Positions 11,905 to 24,215 of a stretch of DNA of 64,000 bases are shown in pieces; within the stretch, counting starts at the first letter, position 1; each line of letters opens with the position of its first letter. The position numbers and the translations under genes are program-made. This stretch comes from Octopus vulgaris (lineage: Eukaryota), in the NCBI GenBank assembly GCA_951406725.2, contig OX597829.1, positions 41,292,001-41,356,000 of the forward strand. The letters run 5' to 3'. The notes under the pieces are model-generated. The model saw only the letters and a list, made by a program, of their open reading frames with translations. It was not told where the DNA came from and made no database searches.

Positions 11905-12740
11905 TCAATTTGGTGGAATTCTGCGCTATGCACACCATACAACTCCTCATAACTCTTATTTTTTTGGAATTTTCATAAAATTTTTCCGAATGTTTTCTAT
12001 ACATGGGAATTCATACGACTGCAAAAACAAAAATAAAATCAATGGAAATTGTAGTTGTGATCCCTGTGCTGGTGGCATGTAAAAAGCACCATCCGAAAGT
12101 GGCTGATGCCAGCGCCACTTCGACTGGCTTCCGTGCCGGTGGCACGTAAAAAGCACCAACCGATTGTGGCCGTTGCCAGCCTTGCCTGGCACCTGTGCCG
12201 GTGGAATGTAAAAAGCACCCAATACACTCATGGAGTGGTTAGCATTAGGAAGGGCATTCAGCTGTAGAAACACTGCCAGATCAGACTGGAGCCTGGTGCA
12301 GCCTTCTGGCTTTCCAGATCTCGGTCAAACTGTCCAACCTATGCTTGCATGGAAAACGGATGTTAAATGATGATGATGATTTAAGACCTATTTAGCTGTT
12401 ATTTTTACCACATCTCACAACCACCTCATACCCTCCCCTTTGTTTGTCACTCTGACATATTGATGTTTTCCAATATCATTTTTTCTCGTAAACACATTTA
12501 ATGGTCTATTACTGCAGTTGAAGCCAAAAATTTGCATTGTTCAAATTTTAAATTGATTTTAAAAGAAAATTTCAAAAAATTAATTAAAAAAATCTTTTTG
12601 ATCATTTTTTCATGGTTGTGTGAATTCCCATGCATAGAATACAAATTCACAAAAATTTTATGAAAATTACAAAAAATAAAAAAAATTATGAGAGGTTATA
12701 TGGCATGCGTAAAGTAGAAAATCTACTATCAATTTTAAAT
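11905..12740. mobile_element. Old TIR element interrupted by an RTE 3' fragment (12035-12380)
   Basis: 11930-12026 is inverted relative to 12606-12710 (CATGGGAATTCA / TGAATTCCCATG; TTTTCATAAAATTTTT / AAAAATTTTATGAAAA). Confidence 0.6.
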
Positions 12741-13012
12741 TCCTCCACTACATACAACCAGGTTGACTCTCCCTTTTGTATTGACTGTCACAGTCTACAA
12801 CAGACAACACAATTATCTTGCAAGGTCTTCTGATAAACAAGACCAGCCACGCTCTTTCTCTTTCCTTTATGTTAATATGAGACATAATGAATGTCAGGTT
12901 GAGGTAGTAAACTACTTCGTGCATTGTCATAAGTTAAGATCTTACTACAGACATTATGCACAATTCTGTTTCCCTAACTTTACCTGGCTGACAAAACCAA
13001 GTTCTACTTCCT

Positions 13013-13237
13013 TATTTCTTTATTGCCCACAAGGGGCTAAACATAGAGGGAACAAACAAGGACAGACAAAGGGATTAAGTCGATTACATCGACCCCAGTG
13101 GGTAACTGGTACTTAATTTATCGACCCTGAAAGGATGAAAGGCAAAGTTGACCTCGGCGGAATTTGAACTCAGAACATAGCGGCAGACGAAATACCGCTA
13201 AGCATTTTGCCTGGCATGCTAACGTTTCTGCCAGCTC
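13013..13237 (-). mobile_element. SINE family A
   Basis: Family match; 17-bp TSD ACCAAGTTCTACTTCCT. Confidence 0.9.
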
Positions 13238-13619
13238 ACCAAGTTCTACTTCCTATTCTGAGTTAAGCAGTTAATAGTGATAATAATTGTCACTGCTATC
13301 ATCATCATCATCATCATCACTATTAATTGTTATTACTAACAGTACTCCTGGAATTCCACAGCTATTTTGAAAACTGTAAGATGGTTGCAAGTTTATAGAG
13401 AACCATGAAATAAGTGCTTTTAAAATCATATTCTTTTATTCTTGTACTAGTCTGTCGCTTGACTGCAGCCATGCTGGAGCACTGCCTTGAAGGGTTTTAG
13501 TCAAACAAATCGACTCCATGACATTTCTTTTTTATCGGTCTCTTTTGCCGAATTGCTAAGTTACAGGGACATAAAGACATCAACACCAGTTAAGCGGTGA
13601 TGGGCAGACAGACACAAAG

Positions 13620-13658
<39 letters not shown>

Positions 13659-14765
13659 AAACGGGCTTCTTTCAGTTTCCATCTACCAAATTCACTCACA
13701 GGGCTTTGGTTGGCCCGAGGTTATTGTAGAATACACTTGCCCAAGGTTCCAAGCAGTGGGACTGAACCTGAAACCAGGTGGTTGGAAAGCAAGCTTTTTA
13801 GCACATAGTCACACCTGCGCCACACAAACACACACACTTGATTCTTTAGACAGTACAGAAGTTTCCTATAGGTAGTGCTGAATGTTCAGTCACAGATGAC
13901 AGCATCCCTGAAAACTCTTATTCTTCTTATTATTATCATCATTGCTATCTGTTACTTGTAAGATGGATTTGGCTATTGGCTGAGTCCATCATAGCAATCA
14001 CCCAGCTGCTCTCCTTTAATAGGACAGGGCAGGCAGTTTAGACGTCAGGAGGCAACAGCATCAAGGACTAACGACAGACACTTACCCCTTCAGTCAAACC
14101 CTCAACAGCATTTGCAAGTTGGAAAGACAAATGAAGGAGGAGAAGGAATTGCTCTCCAATGAGGTGAGTGACTGTGGTGAAAATGGTAAAAGCAGATGGA
14201 ACTAATCTAAGCATGTGCATGTAAGTTGGAGAACAACGGTTGGGAGAGGGCAGCTGCCCTTGGTGGTCAGGGTGATCTCGGATCTCTGAGGTTCTTTGAC
14301 TGGCCAGGTTCTACTCCCCACTCCTCAGTTGAGTGCTTACTGGTAGGAAAGACATCTAGCTGTAAAAAAGAATAATTACTCTAATATTAACTAATTTAAT
14401 TATGTAAAGAGTAAAAAAAAAAAAAAAATTGGATGTAAAAAAAAAAACAGTAAAAGAAAGCTACTACAAGAAAATATTTAATGTAAAAAGAAACTGACTG
14501 ATATGGTTTCAAAATTTTGGCACAAGGCCAGCAATTTTGACGGAGGTGGTAAATTGATTACATCAACCCCCCCAGTGTTCAACTAGTATTTATTTTATAG
14601 ACCCCAAAAAGATGAAAGGTTTACCGTAGAAAAATTTGAACTCAGAATGTAATGTAAAGAACCAGAAGAAATGTTATTAAACATTTCATCCAACTCACTA
14701 ATGATTCTATCAGCTTACCACCGTAAAAAAAAGGATTCTTCATATATGATTATAACACCAGTAAT

Positions 14766-15093
14766 TCTGTTGTGTGTCTGGAGAGAGTAATTTTCCTTTC
14801 GTGCCTTATTATGTAACACACTCACCGGTAAAATTTCCACTAATTTTTATTTTCCTAAAATTTTCGTTGCGTCTTGCAACCTTTTCAATAGTCTTTTCGA
14901 TGAGAGTCAAGACCATTGAAAAGGTTGCAAGACGCAACGAAAATTTTAGGAAAATGAAAATAAGTGGAAATTTTACCGGTGAGTGTGTTACATAATAAGG
15001 CACTAAAAGGGAATGACTCTCCCTAGACACAACAGAAAATGCTTCAACACACGAACTCACATAAAGAATCTTGCAAACCAAATCCAAAAACGA
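14766..15093. mobile_element. Fold-back insertion (about 130-bp inverted arms) with 12-bp TSD
   Basis: Arms ~14765-14895 and ~14909-15037; AACACCAGTAAT at 14754-14765 and 15094-15105. Confidence 0.85.
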
Positions 15094-15748
15094 AACACCA
15101 GTAATATAAATCTAAAAATTTATATTATTTTTGGCCCAGAAACTGTAGAATTTAATTATTTCTTGCTTTTTCCACATTGACATTTATGGATTATGTTGGT
15201 TGTCTGCCACTTTTCACAGCAGCAACTTGACGTGAATCAGGCAACACAACAGCTACAATCTTTCTAAGTGATTCTTTTTAAAGCCAACTATTTTGAAATT
15301 GAAAATGAGTGAAAGAGAAAGTAAATGGGAAAGAAGAGAGAGGGGGAGAGAGATGGAATTATATATATATATACATACATACATGTAGATATATCTATAC
15401 ATACAAAGAGATACATGGGGCTATATAAAACCCAAATGCATACAGATACATCAACACATAGTTCTTCAACATGTTTTAGCCATCACAACCAATGCCCAGC
15501 TGGAGTACCACCTTCAAACTTAAATGTTCTCCCTATTTTCTCCTCTTCTTTCTATAGCCAGAAGAACAATGCCTTAACTAAAGTTTCCAGTAAATGTTGC
15601 ATGTCTAATTGATGGATCAATGAATTTAAGAGAGACTACTCTGCTCCAGAAGCAATTTCTGCTGATAGTTCATTGGTATGTCAAAGAGAATCACATCAAG
15701 ATGTCACTTAAAAATCTCAGAGGAAATTTGGTCACAATTTATAAACCA

Positions 15749-17312
15749 CTAGCAGTATAGCCCAGCATTGCCCAGGATTAAGTTAGGATTATTAAGCTAA
15801 TTAAGTGCTTTGTTTCAAACCAAACTAAGTAACACCGATGTGAAATTTGAGCAAAATCCATTGAAATTGGTAAACATTTGGCTGAAAATGGGTTGCAGAC
15901 AATTTGATTGGAAATCCCATAAGGATTCAGTTCATTGATTTTTCCACTCATCAATTGTTTTTTTTTTTGAGAACTTAAAGCATTCAAAGTTCCCATGAGT
16001 CCTAAGTAACACTGGCATCAAGTTTGAACAAAATATGTCAAAATTGGTAAAAGTTATGGTTGAAAATGGGGTGTAACCAATTTTAGTGGGAAATCCTATA
16101 AGGAATCAGTTTATCGATTTTTCATCCTGATTGAATGGAAAACCTCATAAGGAATCAGTTCATTGATTTTTCACCCCAAATAGGACTTAACCAAATACAA
16201 CACTGCTGGTTCAAAAAATCTATATTTATACTTTAAAATTAGTTTTCACACCCAACCCAGTTCTGCAGAATCAGTGCCATGACGGGAACACATGGGTTGG
16301 GAGTTTGACCGGCAGAGGTGATCAGAATGCACATGCTGGCTCTTTCAAAACCATTACCCCCATCATCTAAACCTCACCCCTTGGATGGGAGCCCTTCTGG
16401 CAAGGAAAATAGAACACCCAAAAGCCTCTGTGTCAGAAGAAGTTATGTTCAGATCACAACTAAGCCTTAACTTAAGCTTAAGCTAACTTAGCGAAAGGGG
16501 GCTCAGGAGCCTCTAAAAGGCAGCGACTAATCCTGATCTAGTCCTAACCCCCTCCAAGGGGTACTATCAGCCAAGGTTGTATCGAAGATATGCATTGGAG
16601 GTTGCATCAAAGGTTTGCATGGTATTACATATATATATATATATATACACACAATATGTCACATTTTCTACTATATATATATATATATATTTAATAATGA
16701 ACCATGTAATTCACACTATGGAAAATTTATTTCTGTAAAATGTTGGGAGTGGGTAAAATTTCCAAGGCTGCCACCTCACCCCACCCCGTTTTTCAGATCT
16801 CAAAAAGGGTTTTGTAGCATATTAGGTCACAGGAATTCATTCAACGAAAAAAAAAAATCCAATGATTCCAAAATGGGGTGTCCCCTCCCTCGCCCTACCC
16901 CCATTCTTTTTTCCAAACCAAAATAAGGGATTTGCAGCATAGATCAGGGTACTTGATTCCATGCAAAAAAAATCCAAGTTTTTTTTTTTTTATTTCTTAG
17001 TGAAAATTGTGCAGGTGTTAATCTAAAAATTTACCTTTCGTTTATCTTTTCCGTCATTGCTAGACAAGAGACTTAACTCATGTTAGCAAACTTACGGATT
17101 TCACCAACTTGGAAAATAGTAAAAGTTATGGTTGAAAATCAATTTTTACCACTATCCGTGGATGCTTTGGGAAAAATAAGTTGACAAAAAACACAGCCAT
17201 GGTCGTGACCAATGTCATCCTAAAATTGGAGCTACATGCATGCTAATTTGTGGATGCGCATAAATTACCTTCACGTAGACACATACACACATCCTGTCTT
17301 TTATAGATATAA
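15749..17312 (-). mobile_element. Larger Helitron-like non-autonomous element
   Basis: Left end ACTAGCAGTATAGCCCAGCATTGCCCAGG resembles the CTAG/hairpin terminus above; right end TTTTATAGATATA; internal sub-repeats. Confidence 0.5.
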
Positions 17313-17523
17313 ATTAAGGATATAATTTTTTAAACAAAGACCTTTAAATGCCAAACTGTTGCTGTAGACGCTTCTGAGGCAAGAACTTCAGGAAAGAGAT
17401 GTTTAGATATAACATTACCACTGATTTCTTTTGTATTTTATCTCATGTAGCAAGGTTTAGAATAAAACTTATGAGAATCTTCCACAACACACAGCTCTCG
17501 TCAACATTCCAAAAGAGTAAAGA

Positions 17524-17751
17524 TTAGCCCTTTAGTGTTCAGATTAATCTGCCAAATGCAATGGTCATACATTCAAATTGCTTTGAATTAATCATGCATT
17601 ATCTCATAGTTTTGAGATTACAATGATGTGATTGCTTATTTTTAGAATGACATTGTAGGGTAGGTGTGAGAGGCTAGAGCTGGCTAGTTTGAACACCAAA
17701 CTGGTAGAATATATAGGTGGCATATGGCCGTTTTAAATGCTAAAGGGTTAA
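17524..17751. mobile_element. piggyBac-like MITE family 2 (other copies at 32665-32848, 38049-38270, ~38500-38639)
   Basis: Ends resemble TTAACCCTTTAGCATTC ... AATGCTAAAGGGTTAA; internal sequence shared between copies. Confidence 0.7.
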
Positions 17752-18602
17752 ATGTTCAATGTTCCCTAGGTATGTGTTTGCTTAGAAACTGAAATTATTT
17801 ATTTATGCACCCTTTTCAAGCCTAGCCAGGCTCATGGGCCCGGTTTCCCGGTTTCTGTGGCGTATGTCTTCCTCCCAGCTGGACGGGACACCAGTACATT
17901 GCAGCATTACTCAAGAAACAGGATGAGAGAGTGAGAGAAAGTTGGAGCAAAAGAGCACAACAGGGGTCGCCACCCCCGCCTGCCGGAGCCTCATGGAGCT
18001 TTAGGTGTTTTCGTTAAATAAACACATACAACGGCCAGTCTGGGAATCGAAACCGTGATCCTCCGACAGCGAGTCCGCAGTCCTAACCACTAGGCCATTG
18101 TGCCTCCACAGAAACTGAAATACAATTTATAAATATGCAGATCTCCCCATGCAATCATATGTGCATGTGTTTGGATATAAGTATGATTTTATCTTTTACA
18201 TGGCTTAGTCAGAAGAGAATCAGGGTTGCTGTGGTTTGTGGTTTGAAGGGAAGAAGTTATCCTTAGATCAACAATCTGGCTCAAATGCTTGGACATTTAG
18301 TGGACACCAGTAAAGACATCCAGGGGACTGGGTAGTGGCATTAATCCAATCAAAAGATTAAGTTTACCACTCAAGAATTAGTATAGACAGGCTTTCACAG
18401 TCTCTGTGAACCAAATTTCTAAGACAAAAATAAATAAATAAATTTTAAAAATTGCTTTGGTTGTCCTGAAGCTATGACACAAGACACTTGCCAAAAGAGC
18501 CGCATAGTGGAATTGAAACCCCACACCAACCTACCACCAAAAACATATTGTTGCATTGCTAACTACTTATCCACAAAGCATAGACAGATATTCATTACTC
18601 AC

Positions 18603-18634
18603 CAATTGTTACCCCACTCAATCATGGTACCAGG
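18603..18634 (-). CDS. NIPSNAP: NipSnap exon 7
   Basis: gtctttcag|CCT...TG|gtgagt, 32 nt; encodes the highly conserved PGTMIEWGNN(W). Confidence 0.97.
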
Positions 18635-19075
18635 CTGAAAGACAAAATAAATAGGAAGTCAGGTATTTCAATTCATAATAGACAAATACACATCAGCTAT
18701 TTCATTAGTAAAATATTAAACAAAAAAGAGTTAATATTAAAATATAGATGCTATTTAGTATGCACATACTAAGCTTTCTGCAAGATAATCACACCTTCCT
18801 TATTTCTTTATTGCCCACAGGGGGCTAAACACAGAGGGGACAAACAAGGACAGACAAACGGATTAAGTTGATTATATCGACCCCAGTGCGTTTACTCAAG
18901 AAAACAATACCCCATTTGGGTCTAGGAATTGACACCAGAATCTTGTGATTGGAATTGCAACATGCTAACCATAAGGCCCCATTCCTTCAAACCACACATA
19001 CATACCCATTATATACATAACATATAAGTATATGAATAAAAGTTCTCAGATGTGTACAGTGAAATATATTAATAA

Positions 19076-19405
19076 CTAGCATTATGACCTGGCGTACATG
19101 CATGTACAGCTGCGTGCGTGTGCACATACGCGCGAGTACTGTCCAAATCTCCGACCAATCACATACAGCTAGCTGGCATTCATTTGGCGTATCAAGATTG
19201 GGCATTTTGATTGGGTTTTGGATAGAAAATTCACAAAAAATCACTTCTATTGATTTTTTAATGGCTTTGCGGGGTGACTGGGGAAATGTAAAGATGTGCA
19301 CGACCACCCTTGGATGGTTTTGAATGACCATAGAAAGTGCAAGCCCTCTAACTGAAAAATTGTGGATTTGTATAAAGGATACACACACACACCGACATTT
19401 TGCCG

Positions 19406-19453
<48 letters not shown>
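19076..19453 (-). mobile_element. Second copy of the Helitron-like element (3' hairpin partly deleted)
   Basis: Reverse complement of 45596-45965 over about 340 nt. Confidence 0.78.
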
Positions 19454-19485
<32 letters not shown>

Positions 19486-19813
19486 GGATAAATAACTCAC
19501 AAATGGAGTTAACTTGTCTTTTCTTTCTTTATTCATATACAACTATAAACATTATCAATTCACACACACACACACATATATATATATTCTGTTTGATTGC
19601 TGCTATTTCCAGATCAAGAAACTATGTAAGGTCTTCCTAGTTGGAACTTGAAATCAGAAGTCTACAGTTGTAACAATTCTGCCAGTCCTCGGCCACCATT
19701 TTAAATAGCTAGACGTAAAAATTTCTTCTTTAGGCACAATATTAATTTTGTTACAGTTAATTCTTCACACACACGCACACACATACACACAACGGGCTTT
19801 TTTCAGTTTCTAT

Positions 19814-20045
19814 TTCTTTACTACCCACAAGGGGCTAAACACAGAGGGGACAAACAAGGACAGACAAACGGATTAAGTTGACTATATTGAGCCCAGTGAG
19901 TAACTGGTACTTAATTTATCGACCCGGAAAGGATGAAAGGTAAAGTCAACCTCGGCGGAATTTTAACTCAGAACGTAACGGCAGGCGAAATACTGCTAAG
20001 CATCTCGCCCGGCATGCTAACGTTTCTGCCAGCTCGCCGCCTTTA
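19814..20045 (-). mobile_element. SINE family A nested in a family C SINE
   Basis: Family match; flanked by TTTCAGTTTCTAT duplication. Confidence 0.85.
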
Positions 20046-21245
20046 CTTCTTTCAGTTTCTATCTACCAAATCCAATCACAAGGCTTTGGTTGGTCTGAGG
20101 TTATAGTAGAAGACAGTGAGACTGAACCCAAGACTACATTTTGGGGAAGCAAGCCTTTTAGCCACACAGTCACACTTGTGTCCCCATATGAACCTTCTAT
20201 ATGAAGACGTATGGCTTAGAGGTTAAAGTAATCAGCTTACAATCATAAAGTCGTGAGTTCAATTCCTGGCAATACAATGTGTCCTTGAGCAAGACACTTT
20301 ATTTTACGTTGTTCCAGTCCACTCAGCTGACAAAAATGAGTAGTACCTGTATTTCAAAGGGCCAGATTTGTCACACTCTGTGCCATGCTGAATCTCCCCA
20401 AGACCTGCATAAAGAACACTCGTGTCTGTAGAGTGCTCAGTCACTTGCCCGTTAATTTCACAAGCAGGCTGTTCCGTTGATTGGATCAACTGGAACCTTT
20501 GTCATCATAACTAGTAGAGTGCTAATATATGAACCCTCATTAAATGTATTCTTAGAAGCCAAGTGTGTCTAGTTTAACTGATTGTCTGAGTTAACCAATG
20601 GTCAGGGCTAACATTAAATACATATACAGAGGTCAGCACCCATGCCAGCTTAGATTAACCAAGACCTTTGATTAAATGAATTTCAGCCATGACCATTTTG
20701 TTTTTTTTATTCTGAGACTCCCTTCGGTCAAGACTGACCATGGAATTACACCTAGAAAGTTAGCCTCCCAGACACAAGTCCGGGCAAGGTTGTTTATAGA
20801 AGGCCAGCAGTCGCCCATGCATACCGGCCTCCCCTCTCCACACCACTGATGTTATCCAAGGGAAAGGCAAAGGCCAATACAGCTTGGCACCAGTGATGTG
20901 GCTACTCATTTCTATAGCTGAGTGAAATGGAAGCAATGTGAAATAAAGTGTCTTGCTCAAGAACACAACACGCAGCCCGGTCCGGGATTCGAGCTCACAA
21001 CCTCACAATCGTAAGCTCGACACTCTAACAACTGAGCCATGCATTTTCACATTTTTTTCATTAAGCACCATATTATACCACATCCTTTTCTTCTTTGTTT
21101 CATTTCAAGTCGGTAGAATATGATATGAAATTTGGTTGCTATTTCTAGCAGATTGTCAACCATGTAAAGGCTGCTTTATTGACTAGAGAGGAGAATTATT
21201 AAATTTGGTGGAAGACCTTAGAAGGTACATTCAAATCTAACTTAC

Positions 21246-21389
21246 CTTCAACACATAACTACGCAACTCATAGATGTGACTGCGGTCGGGTGTTGGTGTT
21301 TCACGTGGCCAAAAGCTAAAACGTAACAAAATCTGGTTACGTCGAGAACGTAACATCTTGTTACGCTTTGATCGGAACTCCAAGAAGTC
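21246..21389 (-). CDS. NIPSNAP: NipSnap exon 6
   Basis: cctttcag|GAC...AAG|gtaagt, 144 nt; DFLEFRSKRNKMLRSRRNQILLRFSFWPRETPTPDRSHIYELRSYVLK. Confidence 0.97.
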
Positions 21390-22203
21390 CTGAAAGGGGA
21401 ATATATGATATAATTAAAAAACATGAGAGAGAGAGAGAATAGGTGTGTATATGTGTGAAGAAGTGTTAAAATGATTGTGTGAGATTGTGCATGTCAGGGA
21501 AAACGTCTGTATGTGAAGGATTAGCTGTGTGTCATCATCATCATCATCATCATCGTTTAACGTCTGCTTTCCATGCTAGCATGGGTTGGATGATTTGACA
21601 GAAAACTGGTGAACCAGATGGCTGCACCAGACTCCAGTCTTGATCTGGCAGAGTTTCTACAGCTGGATGCCCTTCCTAACACCAACCACTCCGAGAGTGT
21701 AGTGGATGCTTTTACATACCACCAGCACAAGGGCCAGTCAGGCGGTACTGGCAACGGCCATGCCCAAATGGTGTATTTTTAATGGTGTTTCTACAGCTGG
21801 ATGCCCTTCCTAACACCAACCACTCCGAGAGTGTAGTGGGTGCTTTTACATACCACCAGCACAAGGGCCAGTCAGGCGGTACTGGCAACGGCCATGCCCA
21901 AATGGTGTATTTTTAAGTGCCACCTGCACACCGGCACAAGTGCCAGTAAGGCGATGCTGGTAATGTGTGTGAATGAGAAAATGTGTATGAGAGAATCTGA
22001 TATTGCATGCAGGCAAAAAAGAAAGAAGGAAAGTAGAGAGAGACAGAGTAAGAGAGAAGAATACAGAAGATATAAAACTGAATAGAAGAGATGTAACAAA
22101 GATGTGATAAAAGAATGAAGAGACGGCAATGAAACAGACAACTAATAGAAAGAAGGAAGGAGACAAAAAAATGAAAGATATGAGTGTGTACATATATATA
22201 TAA

Positions 22204-22239
<36 letters not shown>

Positions 22240-22789
22240 AGATACACACACACATCATCATCATCATCGTTTAGCGTCCGCTTTCCATGCTAGCATGGGT
22301 TGGACAGTTCAACTGCGGTCTGTGAAGCCAGAAGGCTGCACCAGGTCGAGTCTGATCTGGCAGTGTTTCTACGGCTGGATGCCCTTCCTAACGCCAACCA
22401 CTCCATGTGTGTAGTGGGTGCTATTACATGCCAGACGAGGCTGGCAAATGGCCACGATCGAATGGTGCTTTTTACGTGCCACTGGCACGGAGGCCAGTCG
22501 GGGTGGCGCTGGCAATGGCTACGTTTGTGAACTTTAGTTTACTTAAAATATGCTTGTGAAATATTTCATCTGCTACAAGACAAATTCACTACACTTACCA
22601 TGGAGAAAGATTCTCTTATGGTAAAAAAGGTGTAAAAACGGCACATCTATCTAGTGTCACTCCTCAGATTCCTAGACATCAATGTTTCTAGCTCTTTAGC
22701 CATTATCCATTTGCCTCTTAGCAGTTGAAATATTTCACCTGTTTTAACTAACTCAAAGTTTACTTATGCCTACACAGTCTGGCACTGAT

Positions 22790-23387
22790 CAGTTTGTTGT
22801 ACAATTTTGCAGCAATTGACATTAGAGATATACCCCTGTAGTTGGTGACGAGGGATAAATCACCTTTTTTGGGTATTGGGATGGTTTGAGATTGGTGCCA
22901 AATCTTTTGGAACTATAAAAGTGGAAAGTGTGTGATTGCAAAGATTGAGCAGAACTACGTGAAATCTATCATCCTTCCAAATTATAGCTGTGTTGTTGTC
23001 GGGACCAAATGCTTTCGAGGCTTTCAGTTGTTTAGTCGCTGCTGTTAGTTCAAATATGGTAAAAGGGGAGGTGTTGATGTTCAGTGTATCTGATATAGGC
23101 ACACTTGGAAGAGTGGGGTTATCAGGGATTTTGGCATTCTTTCCAGGAAGGTTTTTAAAATGAGTTCACCAATTTTCTAAACACTTCTTAGCTGATCCTC
23201 CTTTGATTCTAATTGATGACCCAGAATTTTCGCGATACCAGAGGGTGCACACTCTCCTACCCTGATGTAATCTCCAGGGATACAGGCATCCAGCAACAGG
23301 ACCTCCGTAATGCTATGATGGACCGTGAAGTCTGGCGCAACATAGTAAATTCCATTGTCTCGACCATGGTCAAACAATGATGATGAT
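22790..23387. mobile_element. RTE insertion with inverted 5' segment, flanked by TSD TGGCACTGAT
   Basis: 22790-~23237 antisense RT N-terminal part (KASKAFGPD...PKKGDL...NYRGISLMSIAAKLYNKL); ~23238-23387 sense 3' end plus (GAT)n; TSD at 22780-22789 and 23388-23397. Confidence 0.88.
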
Positions 23388-23545
23388 TGGCACTGATATT
23401 ACAGTAATATGTGTGTGTGTGTGTGTGTACATACACACACAGTTTTACAAAAAAGAAAAGAAGGTGTGAGAGAAATGATAATAAATCAGAGGGATGCTCT
23501 TATAAAATTCCTCCAAGCTTGTTAAAAAAAAAAAAAGAGAGTTAC

Positions 23546-23616
23546 CTTATCAGTACGATACTTCACTGTGGCATTGTTTAGTGCTGGGTAGCCACCATCA
23601 TATTCCCAGATGTGAA
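23546..23616 (-). CDS. NIPSNAP: NipSnap exon 5
   Basis: cttccacag|TT...AAG|gtaac, 71 nt; (I)HIWEYDGGYPALNNATVKYRTDK (H.W...GGYPAL motif). Confidence 0.96.
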
Positions 23617-23799
23617 CTGTGGAAGAAAGAATGATAAAAAAGAAAATTAAAAAAATAAGACAAGATGTTTTCTTGAGCTTAAATAAAAACTGGGAGGCCA
23701 TGAATTACGGCAGTGAAAAGTTAATAAATTGTCACATTCCACTCCAAGCCAGCATGGAAAATGGATGTTAAATGATGATGATGTTAACCACTGTAGCCT

Positions 23800-24215
23800 T
23801 ATTTCTTCATTGCCCACAAGGAGCTAAACATAGAGGGGACAAACAAGGACAGACAAACAGATTAAGTCAATTACATCGACCCCAGTGCGTAACTGGTACT
23901 TAATTTATCGACCCCAAAAGGATGAAAGGCAAAGTCGACCTCGGCGGAATTTGAACTCAGAACATAGCGGCAGGCCAAATACCTATTTCTTTACTACCCA
24001 CAAGGGGCTATACAACGAGGGGACAAACAAGGATAGACAAAGGGATTAAGTTGATTACATCGACCCCAGTGCGTAACTGGTACTTAATTTATTGACCTGG
24101 AAAGGATGAAAGGCAAAGTCGACCTTGGCGGAATTTGTACTCAGAACGTAATGGCAGGCGAAATACCGATAAGCATTTTGCCCGGCGCGTTAATGTGACT
24201 GCCAGCGCACTGCCT
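23800..24215 (-). mobile_element. SINE family A dimer
   Basis: Same dimer junction as 5116-5521. Confidence 0.87.

Noticed and set aside
22599-22646. Strong donor ATG|gtaagt giving a possible 48-nt in-frame exon between exons 5 and 6
   Set aside because: No pyrimidine tract before the AG and no NipSnap similarity; exons 5 and 6 already join with continuous homology.
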